A stretch of DNA of 64,000 nt from Takakia lepidozioides (GCA_030704615.1 CM060731.1:6758001-6822000), one strand, 5' to 3'. Numbered from the stretch's first letter, positions 1-13,100 are shown. Notes: generated by a model from the sequence alone, not told the origin. A program made the numbers and translations.

Positions 1-210
1 CTACCAAAGGGAATTCCTCTAGGCCCAAATAGGTGGAGGGTTTAGTGGGAAGCGAAGGGGGGACCGTTATGTCCCGGTGAGCAGCCGAAGCTCCAAGTTG
101 GTCCGGCGGCCAGGTTGGGAGTCAGGCGCGCGCATCAAAGCGAGTAACTATGACTTGAAGGGGAGCTTACCGAAGTGAGGTACGCGATCGTCTTTGGGAT
201 TGGCCTCATC

Positions 211-3200
211 ATGGGGTCGGGCAAGCCGAAGCGAAAGCGGAACGGCCCAAAAGATGATGATCCCAGTGAGCCCGATGGGGGCGACGTGTCACCGAGGCGG
301 CCGTTTGAGGAAGCGATGCATGTTTCCGAAAACGAGGGCGCTCAAGAGCGGGAGGAATCCGAGGAGTCGGAGCCCGAGGAATCCTTGAGAGCTCCGACAA
401 ACCAAGAGATGCCTCCCATGCCGGCAGCCTTTTGGGAAGGGTTGTTGGCGCAGTTTGGCGGGACGTTGAAAGACGTGTTGAAGGCGGCTAATGCCACTTC
501 CACTAAGGCAAAGTTTAAGGTGAAGCCTAAGGAACCCGGCACCTTCGAGGGCGTCCGAAATCGGAAGGCACTCAACACCTGGCTCTTGGAGCTGGAGCAG
601 TACTTCCGGGCGGCCAAGTTGAGTGACGAGGATCGCGTGGAAGTGGCTCCCACCTATTTGAGGGGCTATGCTCAACAATGGTGGCAAAAACGCCTTCACG
701 ACCGAGGTCCAAGTCCGGAAACCTTGAACTGGAGTGGGTTCAAGGAATTGATGAAGAGACAGTTTGTGCCCCTCAACGCGTCCTGGCTTGCCCGAGACAA
801 GATGAGGAATTTGAAGCAAACAGATGACATTCGGGGGTATGTCCAAGCTTTCAATGTGCTGTTGCTCGAAGTCGCGGACATGGCAGAACCAGAAATGGTC
901 TTCAACTTTGTGGCGGGACTGGCCCCGTGGGCCAGGCGGAAGTTGGAGGAGAAGCCACCCAAGACTTTGAACGAGGCAATTGAGAGGGCTGAATGTTTCT
1001 CGGATGTCCCTAGGGGTGAGAGACAAGGCCGTACGGAGCTGAACCACAAGAAGACCCGGCGGGAAGGTGACTCCTTCCGACCGGAAAAGAAGTGGGATAG
1101 GCCACGCGGCGACAATGGCACGTGGAAATCGAAGGGAGGGCCTTCACACGTCAAGGCAGCACCCGGTGCTTCGAAAGGAAAAGCGGGTGGAGCGGCTTAT
1201 GGCGGACAGAAGGCGACCTTTGATGGAGTGTGTTTCAATTGCGGGGAGCCCGGGCACATGGCCAAGAAGTGCACGAAGCCCCGGCAATTGAACATGACTC
1301 GGGCGACCACGGAGCTGTCGGAAGATACCATCAGTCGCTTGGTGGAAGTGGTGGTCGCCAGGACTTGCAAGGTAGGCAAATTTTCTTGTGAGTTGTATCA
1401 GGAAACTGGCGCCTTACGAAAAGGGAGTCAGTTATTGTTCGTGGATGGGATAATATCCGGAACTAATGTGTCGTTGTTGGTGGACACAGGAGCGTCGCAC
1501 TCCTTCATGACACCGGCAACGGCACAAAAGCTGGGACTCCCGACAAGTGACGTGGGGGCCTCTATTGAGGTGCGTTCTGCCAAAGGAGAACCACAGTTGG
1601 CGACGAGGTTGGCGTTTGATGTTCTTCTTCAACTGGGGAGTTGGGAGGGACGTGAGAACTTCACCATCTGCGAGATCGATGGAGTAGATCTCATTTTGGG
1701 GATGACCTTTTTGAGCAAATCCGGAGCGTTCATAGATGGCCGCAAGAGAGTAGTCACGCTGCCATGTGGGAATGGTGGCAAGGTCTTACGAGTGTCGGAA
1801 ACGCCCAAATCCGTGGGAGGGCGAATAAACCTTCTGTCAGCAAGGGAGTGGGCCGTGGAGGAGGCACACGAACCCCAGTTTTTGCTTTACGTTAGAGAAG
1901 TGAAGGGAGAAGGCGATGGGGAGCCGAGCCCAGATTGGATCAAGGGGATTTTGGAGAAATACCAGGATGTGATGCCGGAGGATTTACCAAGCGGCTTGCC
2001 ACCGCGAAGAGGAGTTGACCACAAGATTGAGGTGATACCGGGAACGGAACCGCTTGCCAAGGCACCCTACCGGTTGAGCCACAGGGAGTTGGTCGAGCTG
2101 AAGACTCAGCTCAAGGATCTAATGTCAAAGGGGTACATCCGGCCGAGTAAGTCACCTTACGGAGCCCCGGTGCTATTCGCAGACAAGAAGGATGGGACGC
2201 TGCGGATGTGTGTCGATTACAGGGCTCTGAATAAGGTGACTATCAAAAACCGGTACCCTTTGCCAAGGATCGACGACCTCTTCGATCGGTTGGCAGGAAC
2301 GAAGTATTTCAGCCGGATCGATTTGCGCTCCGGCTATCATCAAATTCGGGTGGCGGAAGGAGATGAGGAGAAGACCGCGTGCAGGACAAGGTATGGTTCA
2401 TATGAGTTCTTGGTGATGCCTTTTGGGCTCACCAATGCACCAGCGACATTTAGCACGCTGATGAACAGCCTTTTTCAGGAGTGGTTGGATGACTTTGTGA
2501 TCGTGTACATCGACGACTCTTGGTGTACTCGAAAACAAAGGAGGAGCACCTGGAGCACCTCAAAAGGGTGTTCCAAAAATTGCGAGAAGGGAAGGTGTAT
2601 GCCAAAGCTTCAAAGTGCGAATTCGGGGTCACGAAAGTGGAGTTCTTGGGGCATGTGATTACACAGGATGGGATCAAAATGGATGACAGAAAGGTGAGGG
2701 CGATCTTGGACTGGGAGCCTCCGACTTCGGTCCCGGGAGTGCGATCCTTCCTAGGACTCGCCTCCTATTACCGGAAGTATGTGAGAAATTTTGCCAAGAT
2801 CGCGGGGCCGCTGTCGGACCTTCTGTGTAAATCTAAAGTCTGGGCATGGAACACCTTTTGTGGCCAAGCTTTTGCTGAATTGAAGCAGCGGATGGCGGAA
2901 GCTCCAGTCTTGCAAATCCCGGAGTTCGATCGTCCGTTCGAGATACATACAGATGCGTCGGACTTCGCGATTGGGGGTGTACTGATGCAAGATGGACGTC
3001 CAGTGGCTTACGAAAGTAAGAAACTGAATGAAGTGGAGCGACGGTGGCCGACGCACGAGAAAGAGATGAAGGCGGTGGTGCACTGTCTTGAGCTTTGGCG
3101 CCACTATGTTGGTTCCAACCCAGTGAAGGTGTTCACGGACAATGTCACGGTGAAGTATTTTGCCACGCAGCCCAAGTTGTCCCCAAAACAACTTAGGTGG

Positions 3201-4772
3201 CAGGATACTTTGGCGGTGTTCGACGTGGATATCCAGTACAAACCGGGACGAGACAACGTGGTGGCCGATGCTTTAAGTAGAAAGCAGCAGCTCTTGTTGG
3301 TGTACAAAGGCGAGACCGCGCTCCAAAGGAAGATCTGGAAGGCTTGCCGGAAGGATGAGCTGGCAAAGTCCGTGATGCAAGACTTGAGAATGGGGGTTAA
3401 ATCGCAGTTCCACTTGCAAAATGGGTTGCTCCGGTATAAGCAAAAGCGTCTCTACGTGCCGAAGGGAGGGATCAGAGATAGCCTCTTGAGAGAATGCCAT
3501 GATAGCCCGCTTGCGGGCCACGGCGGAGCCAAGCGCACTGCGGCACTCTTGAAGAAAGGGTATTTCTGGCCCAAACTGAGGGAGGAGGCAGAGGAGTATG
3601 TCAAGACATGCACCACATGCCAACAAAACCGGAGCGAGTACAAAAAGCAAGCGGGGCTGTTACAACCCTTGCCGATTCCAGAGGGGACTTGGGAAAGCGT
3701 CTCGATGGATTTCATGACTGCTATGCCGCTGTCAAAAGGATTTGATGCAATCATGGTGGTGGTGGATAGGTTCAGTAAAATGGGCCATTTCATCCCCACC
3801 AAGGAGACGACAACGGCGCAAGAGACAGGGCGACTTTACTTCGCCCATGTCTTAAAGCATCATGGAGTCTCGAAGGATATTGTCTCGGACCGCGATCCAA
3901 AGTTTACGAGTAAATTTTGGAGGGCACTTTGGAAGAAGATGGGGACGAGGCTGAAGATGAGCACCGCCTTCCGACCTCCGACCGACGGCCAAACAGAAAG
4001 AGTGAATTCCGTAGTGAAGCAGATCTTGCGGAATTATGTGTCGGCAGACAAAACAGACTGGGTGGAACACTTAGACGCGGCAGAGTTCTGTTATAATAAC
4101 ACAGAACATTCCGCAACGGGAGTTTCCCCTTTCGTATTGGTCTATGGAAAAGCACCTCTGGTGCCGACAAGTTGGGCCGCCCAGGCCGTTGAGGAACCGG
4201 CAGTAGCGGCGGTACTGAAAGAACGCGAGCGTTTGTTGAAGCTCGCAAAGTACAACATCGCCAAAGCTAGGAAACGGTATGAAAGGCAGGCGAATCGGAA
4301 ACGGAGGGAGGTGAAGTTTGAGGCAGGCACAGAGGTCTGGTTGAACATCAAGAATTTCCGACTACCTCCGGAAGTGAGTCCGAAGTTCGTACCTCCGTAT
4401 GCGGGTCCCTTTCGCATTCGGAAGGTTATGAATGAGGATGTGTATGAATTGGAGCTACCGGCAAACAGCAAGGTGCACCCAGTATTCCATGTCTCCCTTT
4501 TGAAGCCTTACTTCAAAGATGAAGCACGTCCGAATCGGCATCAAGTGTTGCGTCCGCCACCTATGCTGTTGGATCATAAAAATGAACCTGAGTACGAGGT
4601 AGAGGCAATACTTAAGTCGAGGAGGTTTAAGAACCGAGAAACGGAGTATCTCGTCAAATGGAAGGGCTATCATCATGTGGAGGCATCTTGGGTGCGTGCC
4701 TCAGAAATGGGAAACGCATCCGAGGCGGTTGCAGCTTTCGAAGGGCGACCTCAAAAGCGGAAGAAGCGTTGA
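211..4772 (+). CDS. gag-pol: Gag-Pol polyprotein (Gag, CCHC knuckle, protease, RT, RNase H, integrase, chromodomain), split by one 1-bp deletion near 2518
   Basis: Motifs [50 protein letters not shown] and YEVEAIL...YLVKWKGY. ORFs 175-2658 and 2520-4772 join if the A present in copies B and C (gacgacAtcttg) is restored. Confidence 0.95.
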
Positions 4773-5676
4773 TGGGGACATCAACCTTGGAGCGTGGGGG
4801 AGGAAATGCATGCTTAGCCCGGTTTAGCTAGCTTAGGAATCCGATTGCAAAAACTTGTATTGTACAAAATGTGCTATAAATGAAATGGATTCCAAATGTT
4901 ATGCTTCCTATTTCGTTTGGAATGGTGATGCATGGTATGGTTGGCTAGTGTGTAGAATGCATGCTAGCTTATAAAAGTGGGAGAGGTAGATTGGGTTAAT
5001 CGTGTGTTTGCGTAGTGCCGAAATCGGGTGACCCCATCCAAGGGGCAAGGAAACTTGCGCCTTCTTTGGGAGTTCACGTGCTAGTGCGCACCTGGCGCGT
5101 GCGCGTACTATAATTGCGCTACCGAGGGGGTTGCCTTGTAGTGCGGGCTAACGCGGAAGCTACGTGCTTCCGTTCACGTACTATAATCGTGTAGCCTCGG
5201 GACGAAGTCGTAGTGCGGCTTCGGCGTGTTCCCGTACCTGAGGCCAGCATTCCAAGGCGGACCCAATTGTAGTGATTGGGGCGCACGGTTGGTTCAAGGT
5301 TATCTTCCTAGTCAAAGAGGGTTCCAGGTGAACCCTTGCTCAAGGTGATGCCAAAAGCGGCATCATGAGCGATCGCAAGCAATGTTGTTGCAATAAGGCG
5401 ATTCGATCCTCGGGGAGGATCGTTCCTTGGCCTTGAAGTAGGCCAAGAAGAGTGCACTGGGAGGAGCTGGGGAGGCTCCACCCTTGGCCGGGACTTGGAG
5501 GAAGTCGGCCGAACTAGCTAGTGGAGAGTAGAGTCAAGTGTGGGGTTTGGTTCTTTGCCATGGGACACCATGGTACGGAAACAAACTCCTTGATGTGGGA
5601 CGCCACAACTTGGATGTTCGTTTCTACAAAATGGACAAGTCGATGAGGACATCGACTCCCTGTTGGTAGGGGTGTG

Positions 5677-6402
5677 TGTCGCGGCCCTTTGCCTTGAGGG
5701 CAGGGGGTCGGGACACATGAGGGGCTGCCCCTGTGGTGGGGGCAGCGGCAGCGATAGGTATGGGGGGCTGAAGCACCCTTGAGTGCCCAAGGCACTCAGG
5801 GAAGCGGAGGCGCTCACTAGGTGGAGCCCCGCACACCGGGTTGCGGTGGGGGTGGCTCCACAAGGGGTGGTGGTAGCTTAGCGGGACTTAGTGGGGGTGG
5901 CATAGGACTCACCATGGGGGCGGAGACCTCGTGGTGGGAGCCGTGGGGAGTCTTGGGACTCATCACGGTCCATAGGGGCCGTGGTGAGCGGGCCAAGACT
6001 CACCGTGACTCATCACCGGGAGTCGAGGGTTTTCGTGGTGGTTCGCCATAAAATGGCATGGCTGGTTGTGAAACCCCTGCGGATAGCTACATAAGTATAT
6101 ATAGGGAGTAGTAACCCCGAGAACGGTGCAAGCCCGTTGGTGACCAAAAACTAGTGAGTAAGCGAGCGAGCCGGAAAGCGACCAAAGAGTGGGGAGCTGT
6201 TCCGGACTGCTATCTACCAAAGGGAATTCCTCTAGGCCCAAATAGGTGGAGGGTTTAGTGGGAAGCGAAGGGGGGACCGTTATGTCCCGGTGAGCAGCCG
6301 AAGCTCCAAGTTGGCCCGGCGGCCAGGTTGGGAGTCAGGCGCGCGCATCAAAGCGAGTAACTATGACTTGAAGGGGAGCTTACCGAAGTGAGGTGCGCGA
6401 CA
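5677..6402 (+). repeat. 3' LTR of family-1 copy A (726 bp)
   Basis: TG...CA ends with a short inverted repeat, TATA-like gtatatataggg near 6095, and homology to the other family-1 LTRs. Confidence 0.95.
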
Positions 6403-7667
6403 CATTCTCATTTTCTTCATTGGCAAGTATATCATGAACATGAATTCTTCGCTCAAAGTGTTGACGTAATTGTCAACAACAGATCATTTACATCTTCTTT
6501 TAGTCCGGATCGAAACTGACTGATGAGGTTTTTTTCATTCCAATCGAGGTCGTACGCAAGTTGTCGGAATTCGACAACGTAAATAGAAGCAGGACGTGCT
6601 CTCTGCTGTAGATTTCGCATTTTTGTCTCTGCCACTCGTTTTCTATCGTTCTCTCCGAATGTTGCAGTGAACTCTGACATGAATGCTTCAAAATTGTTTA
6701 GTAAGTGTGAATTGTTTTCCAATAGAGGTGCGAACTAGGATAGAGCAGCGCCTGATAGTTCAGGGTGCCCACGAATCCAACTTAAATACCTTAATTGGGA
6801 TAACGTTGTGGATGTAGTCGTAAAAATAGTCGTATATGTTGAACGAACCCGCGAAACTTTGATCTCGTCTCATCAAATTGTTCAGGCATACTACTATTTG
6901 GTTCTCTCATCGTTTGTTGATGATGTATAGAAGGCATTGTAGTAGAAGCTTGTATTGATGGAAACTCATTGTTTGAATCCTTCAACTCCGAAATTTGTTG
7001 CTGCAAGTTGATTAGTGCGTTGCCGATGTCTTAGGATTGATCGGCTTGTAATTGGGCGGTAGTGTTGCGAACTAGTTCTTGCATCTGGACTTGAAGACTC
7101 TGCAAGGTAGTGACAATCTCTACAAATGTGTCTTCCATCTTGACTAACTAGAAAACAACTCAGTCTCGTCAAACTGTTAATGACAAGAGAGTAATTGACT
7201 CGAACACAATGTACAAGACTAACTGGGCAATGAGACCGATGGGGTCTGAGCAAGACACGATGCATAAGCAAAAATCAAGATGAATTTTATAAAACAAGAA
7301 AATACATTATCAAGACCAAGCGTAAAGTTTATTTGTACCTCAAGATTTTTGTTGGTGAGACTGGGGAGTTCCCACCTGCTATATAAACTAGCTACCTAGG
7401 AACTTTCTTAGGAAGTTTCTCCAACCAAAGGTTGTTTCTTGAGAAGCTACTTTAGTTAAGGGATGTTTCTTAAGAAGCTTCATCACCGCCATAGAGCCAT
7501 CTAGATGAATCGGATTTCTAGAAGGTTCAGGAAGGTTCCTGGAATGTCCTGGGAAATACTTGAATATTAAATGGAATATTTTGAAATGTTCTAGAATGTT
7601 CTGGATCTTGGAAGTTTCTAGAAGTTCTTGGGCTCTTGCTAGATGTTTTTGGGCTATGTCCGTGACA
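6403..7667 (-). mobile_element. Family-2 (Tf1/Tcn1-like) gypsy fragment: 5' LTR 7175-7667 plus degenerate gag
   Basis: Gag-like ORFs 6453-7006 (PEQFDETRSKFRGF, LISQFRSGL). The LTR is homologous to 13575-14069. Confidence 0.85.
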
Positions 7668-7945
7668 CCAATGATGAAGCTTCTTAAGGAACATCCATTG
7701 GTTGAAGAAGCTTCTCAAGAAACATCCTTTGATTGGAGAAACTCCCTAAGAAAGTTCCTAGATAACTAATATAGGGGAGGCGAGACTGGGTACACCTCAG
7801 TCTCGCCAACACAAGTCTTGAGGTATAATTTAGACTTTGCAGTACCTGGCCTTGGTCAAGTACTCTGTTATTCTATATAAAGTTCATCTTTGATTCTTGC
7901 TCATGCATCGTATCTTGCTCCGACCACGTCGGTCTCATTGCCCAT
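7668..7945 (+). repeat. Partial family-2 LTR
   Basis: Matches the middle and 3' part of the LTR at 13575-14069 (gatgaagcttctt...ggcgagactggg...ctcattgccc). Confidence 0.75.
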
Positions 7946-8089
7946 CTATATTAGAAGAATGAAACGCACAATGGATACATGGGATTGCAAATGACCCTCC
8001 ACACGGTCTGTATTCATTGGAAGAGAGTGACGAATTTTGTTCTTGGAGATAGGAATAAAAACGACTATTCTACTCAATTTTATATCCAA

Positions 8090-8816
8090 TGTCGCGCACT
8101 TCACTTGATAAACTCTCCTTTAAGTCATAGTTACTCGCTTTGATACGCGCACCTAACTCCCAAGCTGGCCGTCGGGCCGACTCGGAGCTTCGGTTGCTCA
8201 CCAGGGCATAACGGTCCCCCTTGCTCCCCCATGAGGCCCTCGAACTATCGGGCCCAGTGGAAATTCCCTTTGGTTGTTGGCAGTCCGGAACAGCTCATCA
8301 CACCTTGGTCGCTTTCAGGCTCGCTTGGTTACTCACTAGCTTTTGGTCACATAACGGGCTTGCACCATTCTCTGGGTTATTACTCCCCTATATATACTTA
8401 TGTAGGTGTCGGTGGGGGTCTCATAAACAACCAAGTCCTCTATGGTGAACCACCACCAAGACCCTCGATTCCCTGTCATGAGTCGCGGTCTTGGCCCACC
8501 TACCACGGCCCCAAGTGGACCGTGGTGAGCCCCAAGACTCCCCACGACTCCCACCACACGGCTTCAGCCCCGTGGTGAGTCCTATATCACCTCCACTACG
8601 ACTCCCTAAGCTACCACCACCCCCACGTGGAGCCCCCCACCGCAACCCTGTTTGAGGGGCTCCACCTAGTGAGCGCCTCCACCTCCTTGAGTGCCTTCGG
8701 CACTCAAGGGTGCCTCAGCCTCCTTTCCTACTGCTGCCGCTGCCCCCACCACAGGGGCAACTCCTCTTGTGTCCCGACCCCCCCTCCCACCCTCAAGGCA
8801 TTAAAGGGCCGCAACA
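8090..8816 (-). repeat. Solo LTR, family 1, diverged, no TSD
   Basis: Reverse complement of 5677-6402 with both termini. Flanks tccaa and tcatg do not match. Confidence 0.9.
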
Positions 8817-9149
8817 TCATGCAAGCTCATGTCGAGCTGAAGCCTAGAATGCGGACAGCTCCAAAGAGCAAACACCTTCTTAACCTTTCATGTCTGCACC
8901 ATGTCATCGCATGTTATCATTTCTTTGTGTGGTTGCACCACATTTTGCATGTTTACCACAATCTAGATATGTTTCATATAGGCTGAATATTGTGCTTACA
9001 TACTACCAGGACTTCATGAATAATGATGACATCTTCTTACATCAACATGTCCATGAGGTATCACTGTTGCTATGGTCCAAAGGACAAACATACCAACAAA
9101 GTGAATGTGACGGGTCCCAAAGTGAAGTGATGAGGATTTGACGTTGGAG

Positions 9150-9960
9150 CTGGAACGAGTAAACATCACAAAGGGCTAAGAGAAAGAAATGTGAATATGG
9201 AAAATTAATTAAATCATACAATCGCGGTTGCCTCTGTTGCTTCAAAGTCCAGCAATGTTATCTTGCGCCAAATATTGAGGTCATCACATTATATTATAAT
9301 AAGATGAAGCACCTTGATATCGTAGGAAAACCCTCACATGGCGGATATGCACAGTTCCACTTCACACGATATGCATATGTTTCACATATTAACGATGAGC
9401 TGAAACAATGGATCATGGAATGCATATGCCGAGGGTTGTCTGTGACGCAAGTTATGATTAAACATAAAGAGCACACCATTATGAACAACTCGGACTTCGG
9501 AGAGGCATGGACACGCGATGATTTCATACTCAAGCAAGGCGTTCGTAACTCTGCTGACAAGCGAGCATTACAACTTTCAAGAAACACGTTGATGATGCTG
9601 AATTTGTTTGTATGTAAGAGACCAAAATTCAGACTCTGTCATCTTCTACAAAAATGAATCGTGTCTTCTACACTTCAGCATTTTGATGGAGATTTGATCA
9701 TCACCATTGGGATCGAGACTCCTTGGTTGAAGAAGGGAATGTTGGAATTAGGCCATGCATGCATGGTTGTTTACGATGCAACATTCGCCACTAATCATCA
9801 AAAGGTCTACCATATTTGATTATATGGAGTTATGGAAGCATGATAGCATAGTACTTTGTCGATGTAGTCATTGCATGTCCTCAGATAGATTCGGGTCTTC
9901 TCCCTTGGTTGGTAGACCTTTTTGTTGTCTACATTCCTGTCAGACACTGTACCAGTAAAC
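9150..9960 (+). pseudogene. Degenerate MULE/SWIM-type transposase-like gene
   Basis: Fragments RGCLCCFKV, KHLDIVGKPSHG, GLSVTQVMIKH, TRDDFIL, IGIETPW and YDATFATN resemble plant SWIM-zinc-finger/MULE-derived proteins. Broken by stops and frameshifts. Assignment is from motif recall only. Confidence 0.6.
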
Positions 9961-10159
9961 CTTGTGTTTACACATATTATTCCTGTGTCCATCTTTGCAT
10001 TTCCAACCTTTAATGGTCCATTGCACAAAAGTCGTTTGTTTCGCTGGTTCTTTGATGTTCGATTGACATTTTATGCAGTTCCCGTTGTACACGTTGATGG
10101 TGTTCCACCAATGGTTAATGAACGATATTCCAGTCGCTTATATCTTGTCAACCCACAAT

Positions 10160-13100
10160 CAAAGAAATTATCGGCCCCTGTTGAAGTCATCAATGTACGA
10201 CTGTTAGCATCAGGTAACGTTGACCACGAAACTCGACCACTCAAGGTAAAGCTTGTAGATCAAGTATCGCAAATTATTTTCAACGTCATTCAGTCTCCAA
10301 CGAATCCTTAGACTTCCCTGGTTTGTACTCTATAACCCTGACATTGACTGACGATTGCGGAAACAGAAATGCAAAAATATCAAGAGTATTCGACCTCTGT
10401 TTTTGGGATCTAAAGCCTTCATGAGAGCAACAAAAAAGGACGCGACATTTGCACTTATGCAACTCCGATCAAGACTACAACAAACAAATGTACTCAAACA
10501 CTACCCACTCAATATCAAGATTTGAAAGATATTTTTGAGAAGAAAAATGTAGACATATTACCGAAACATAATTTTTATAATTGTGCAATTGAATTAGAAA
10601 AAGAACAAAAACCAACAGAGTGAAGTCGTCATCCGTATCATATTAAGAAAATACAACGTCATGTGCAAAGTCTGATGCATCTGCTTCCAAGAAAAATGGT
10701 TTGAATGGGTCTGCATGTACGAGAATATGGGCCGTTGTAATAGCATGTTTCAATGAAGTCGTCCTTGAATTCGAATTCATTCGTAATATGTGGATTTTTT
10801 CGAGGTCGATTCAGTTGACTTCATAGCGTCTTGGCAAATGGATCATTCTCCAGTGCTCGCTGAATGTTCTTTATGATCGACGTATTATCATAGGTGATCA
10901 TGGACAGCGTATTGAGTTGGAGATTTATCGTTTTCAACATAATAGATTTTCGTTGGTTGAAAAAGTTCTCCCATTCTTTTGGTGCAAGATACGATCATCA
11001 AGAAAGAGCATCTGGTTTTCCTTGAAGATGTTTGGGGCGGTAGATAATAACAAAATCAAACCTCGTTATGACATACTCCACCTGGCTTGGCGACGATTCA
11101 AAACGGAGCACTCATAGAATACCCGAGGTTTTTGTGGTCGGTGTAGATAGTGACATGATGTTTAGCTCCTTCCAATAAATCGTCACTCCTCAAAAGTATC
11201 GATATTTTGTTAGAAATTCTTTGTCATAGATTTCATAATTGATTTCTGCAACAGAGAATTATCATCATTCGGCCCAATTTATAACTTATCTCAGACGGAG
11301 TTGGCTGCAAATACATTAATGACAATTTGTCGGAGAACTTCATCCGACATTCGAAATTACATGTAGGGGTGCCTATCTTGTTTGTGTAAAATAAGAACGG
11401 ATCTTTACGCATGTGTGTAGATTATAACGCCCTCAACAGGGTCATAATTAAGAATTGTTATCTGTTACCGCTACTTTTTGGATTTTTCGAACAAATTGGA
11501 CAAGCAAAAGTTTTCACAAAAATCAACTTAAGAGGAGCATATCGTCTTGTACGGATAAAATAAGGAGATGAATGAAAAACAAATTTTCGAACAAGGTATG
11601 GACATTTTGAATGCAATCTTATGTCATTCGGTCTTACAAATGCTCCAACAATTTTCCAACATGTGATGAATGACATTTTTGAGAAATTTCTAGACGATTT
11701 TTGTGGTCATTTATTTGGATGACATCTTGATATTCTCACAAAACGAAGAGGAACGTGGCCGCCATCTGCATTTGGTCCTTGATAAACTACAAGAAAAAAA
11801 AATTATATGTCAAGTTGGAGAAATGTTATTTCCATCGACCCGAAGTAGAATTTTTAGGTTACATTTCAAAGGACTTTTCTATGTATCTCCAGGATCTATA
11901 CGACTCCGAGTTCTTCAAACACGTCACGATCTTCCGGCTGTAGAACATTTTGGCTTCAATGAAACAATCGAGTTGGTATCCAGAGATTATTGGTGGTCGC
12001 AAATGTGGAAACTAGTGAAAGAATTTATAAACTCTTACGACACGTGTGCTAGAGCGAAGGCACCACGACACCGATCTTACGACCTTCTTCAACATCGTTT
12101 AACAAAAATGACACACTTCGTTTCATGTAACAAGACAGTTATAGGCGAGGAGACTATTAAACTCTTCTTCGATAACATCTACTGCATTCATGGACTCCCG
12201 GACGACATCGTATCTGATCGAGGACCACAATTCATATCAAATTTTTGGAGAGAGTTATTTCGTACATTATTTCAACATCTCTATAACTCATCACCCACAG
12301 ACTGATGGTCAAACCGAACGCGTAAATCAAATTTTGAGGCAATATCTTCGTTGTTGATAATTTGGATGAATCTTATGTCATTGGCCAAGTTTGCCTACAA
12401 CAACACCATACATTCGTCAACCAAGCAGACTTTATTTTTCTCTAATTATGATCATTATCCTCGAGCAAACCCTCTCCACATGAAGACTGTCGGAAGCCCT
12501 GCTGCAGAAAAACTACCCAAATTCAAGGTCGGAGATAGTGTGTGTATGGCTCTTTCAATGGAATATACAAACAACACGACCATCAAGGAAGTTGGACTAT
12601 CAACGCCCAATGCTATTTAAAATTACTCATCAAGTTAATCCGGTCGATTTTTGCCTTGAACTTCCATGTAGTATGTGCATCTATCCAGTCTTTCATGTCT
12701 TATTATTAGAGCTATGTCATCACTCGAGTATCACCGGGAGAGCTTTCGCACCACCTCTCCCAATCGAAGTCAATCATGAAGTCAAATACGAAGTTGACAA
12801 AATCTTTGACTCTCGCATCAAGCATGAACGACTCGAATATTTTATACATTAAAAATGCTATGACACTAACGAACGAACGTGAGAACCGTTATCCAACCGT
12901 TCCAATGCACCTGACATCAAAGTCCAAGAGTTCCACCAACGTCATTCTCAGAAACGAAAGTCCACACGTCAATAGGACGTCATGACGATGATATCAGCCA
13001 AATTAGCTTCAAGGTGAAGACTGGTGCACCTGATACACGCTGAAAGGGGAGGGGGGGAGGGGGGCACCACACATCATAAGTATATATAGCTTTACTTCGA

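Larger units (their letters stand above)
1..6402 (+). mobile_element. Ty3/gypsy chromovirus LTR retrotransposon, family 1, copy A (5' LTR cut by the window edge)
   Basis: Bases 1-180 match the end of the 3' LTR (5677-6402, TGTCGCG...CGCGACA) with one mismatch seen. A purine-rich PPT (ggtaggggtgtg) precedes 5677. Internal order is gag-PR-RT-RH-IN-chromo. Confidence 0.97.

Noticed and set aside
2500-2660. Programmed ribosomal frameshift between ORFs 175-2658 and 2520-4772
   Set aside because: The break is inside the RT active-site region and copies B and C carry the missing base, so it is a deletion or an error.
5514-6241. Short ORFs recurring in family-1 LTRs on both strands
   Set aside because: They recur only because the LTRs are repeats. 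Frames and lengths differ between copies.
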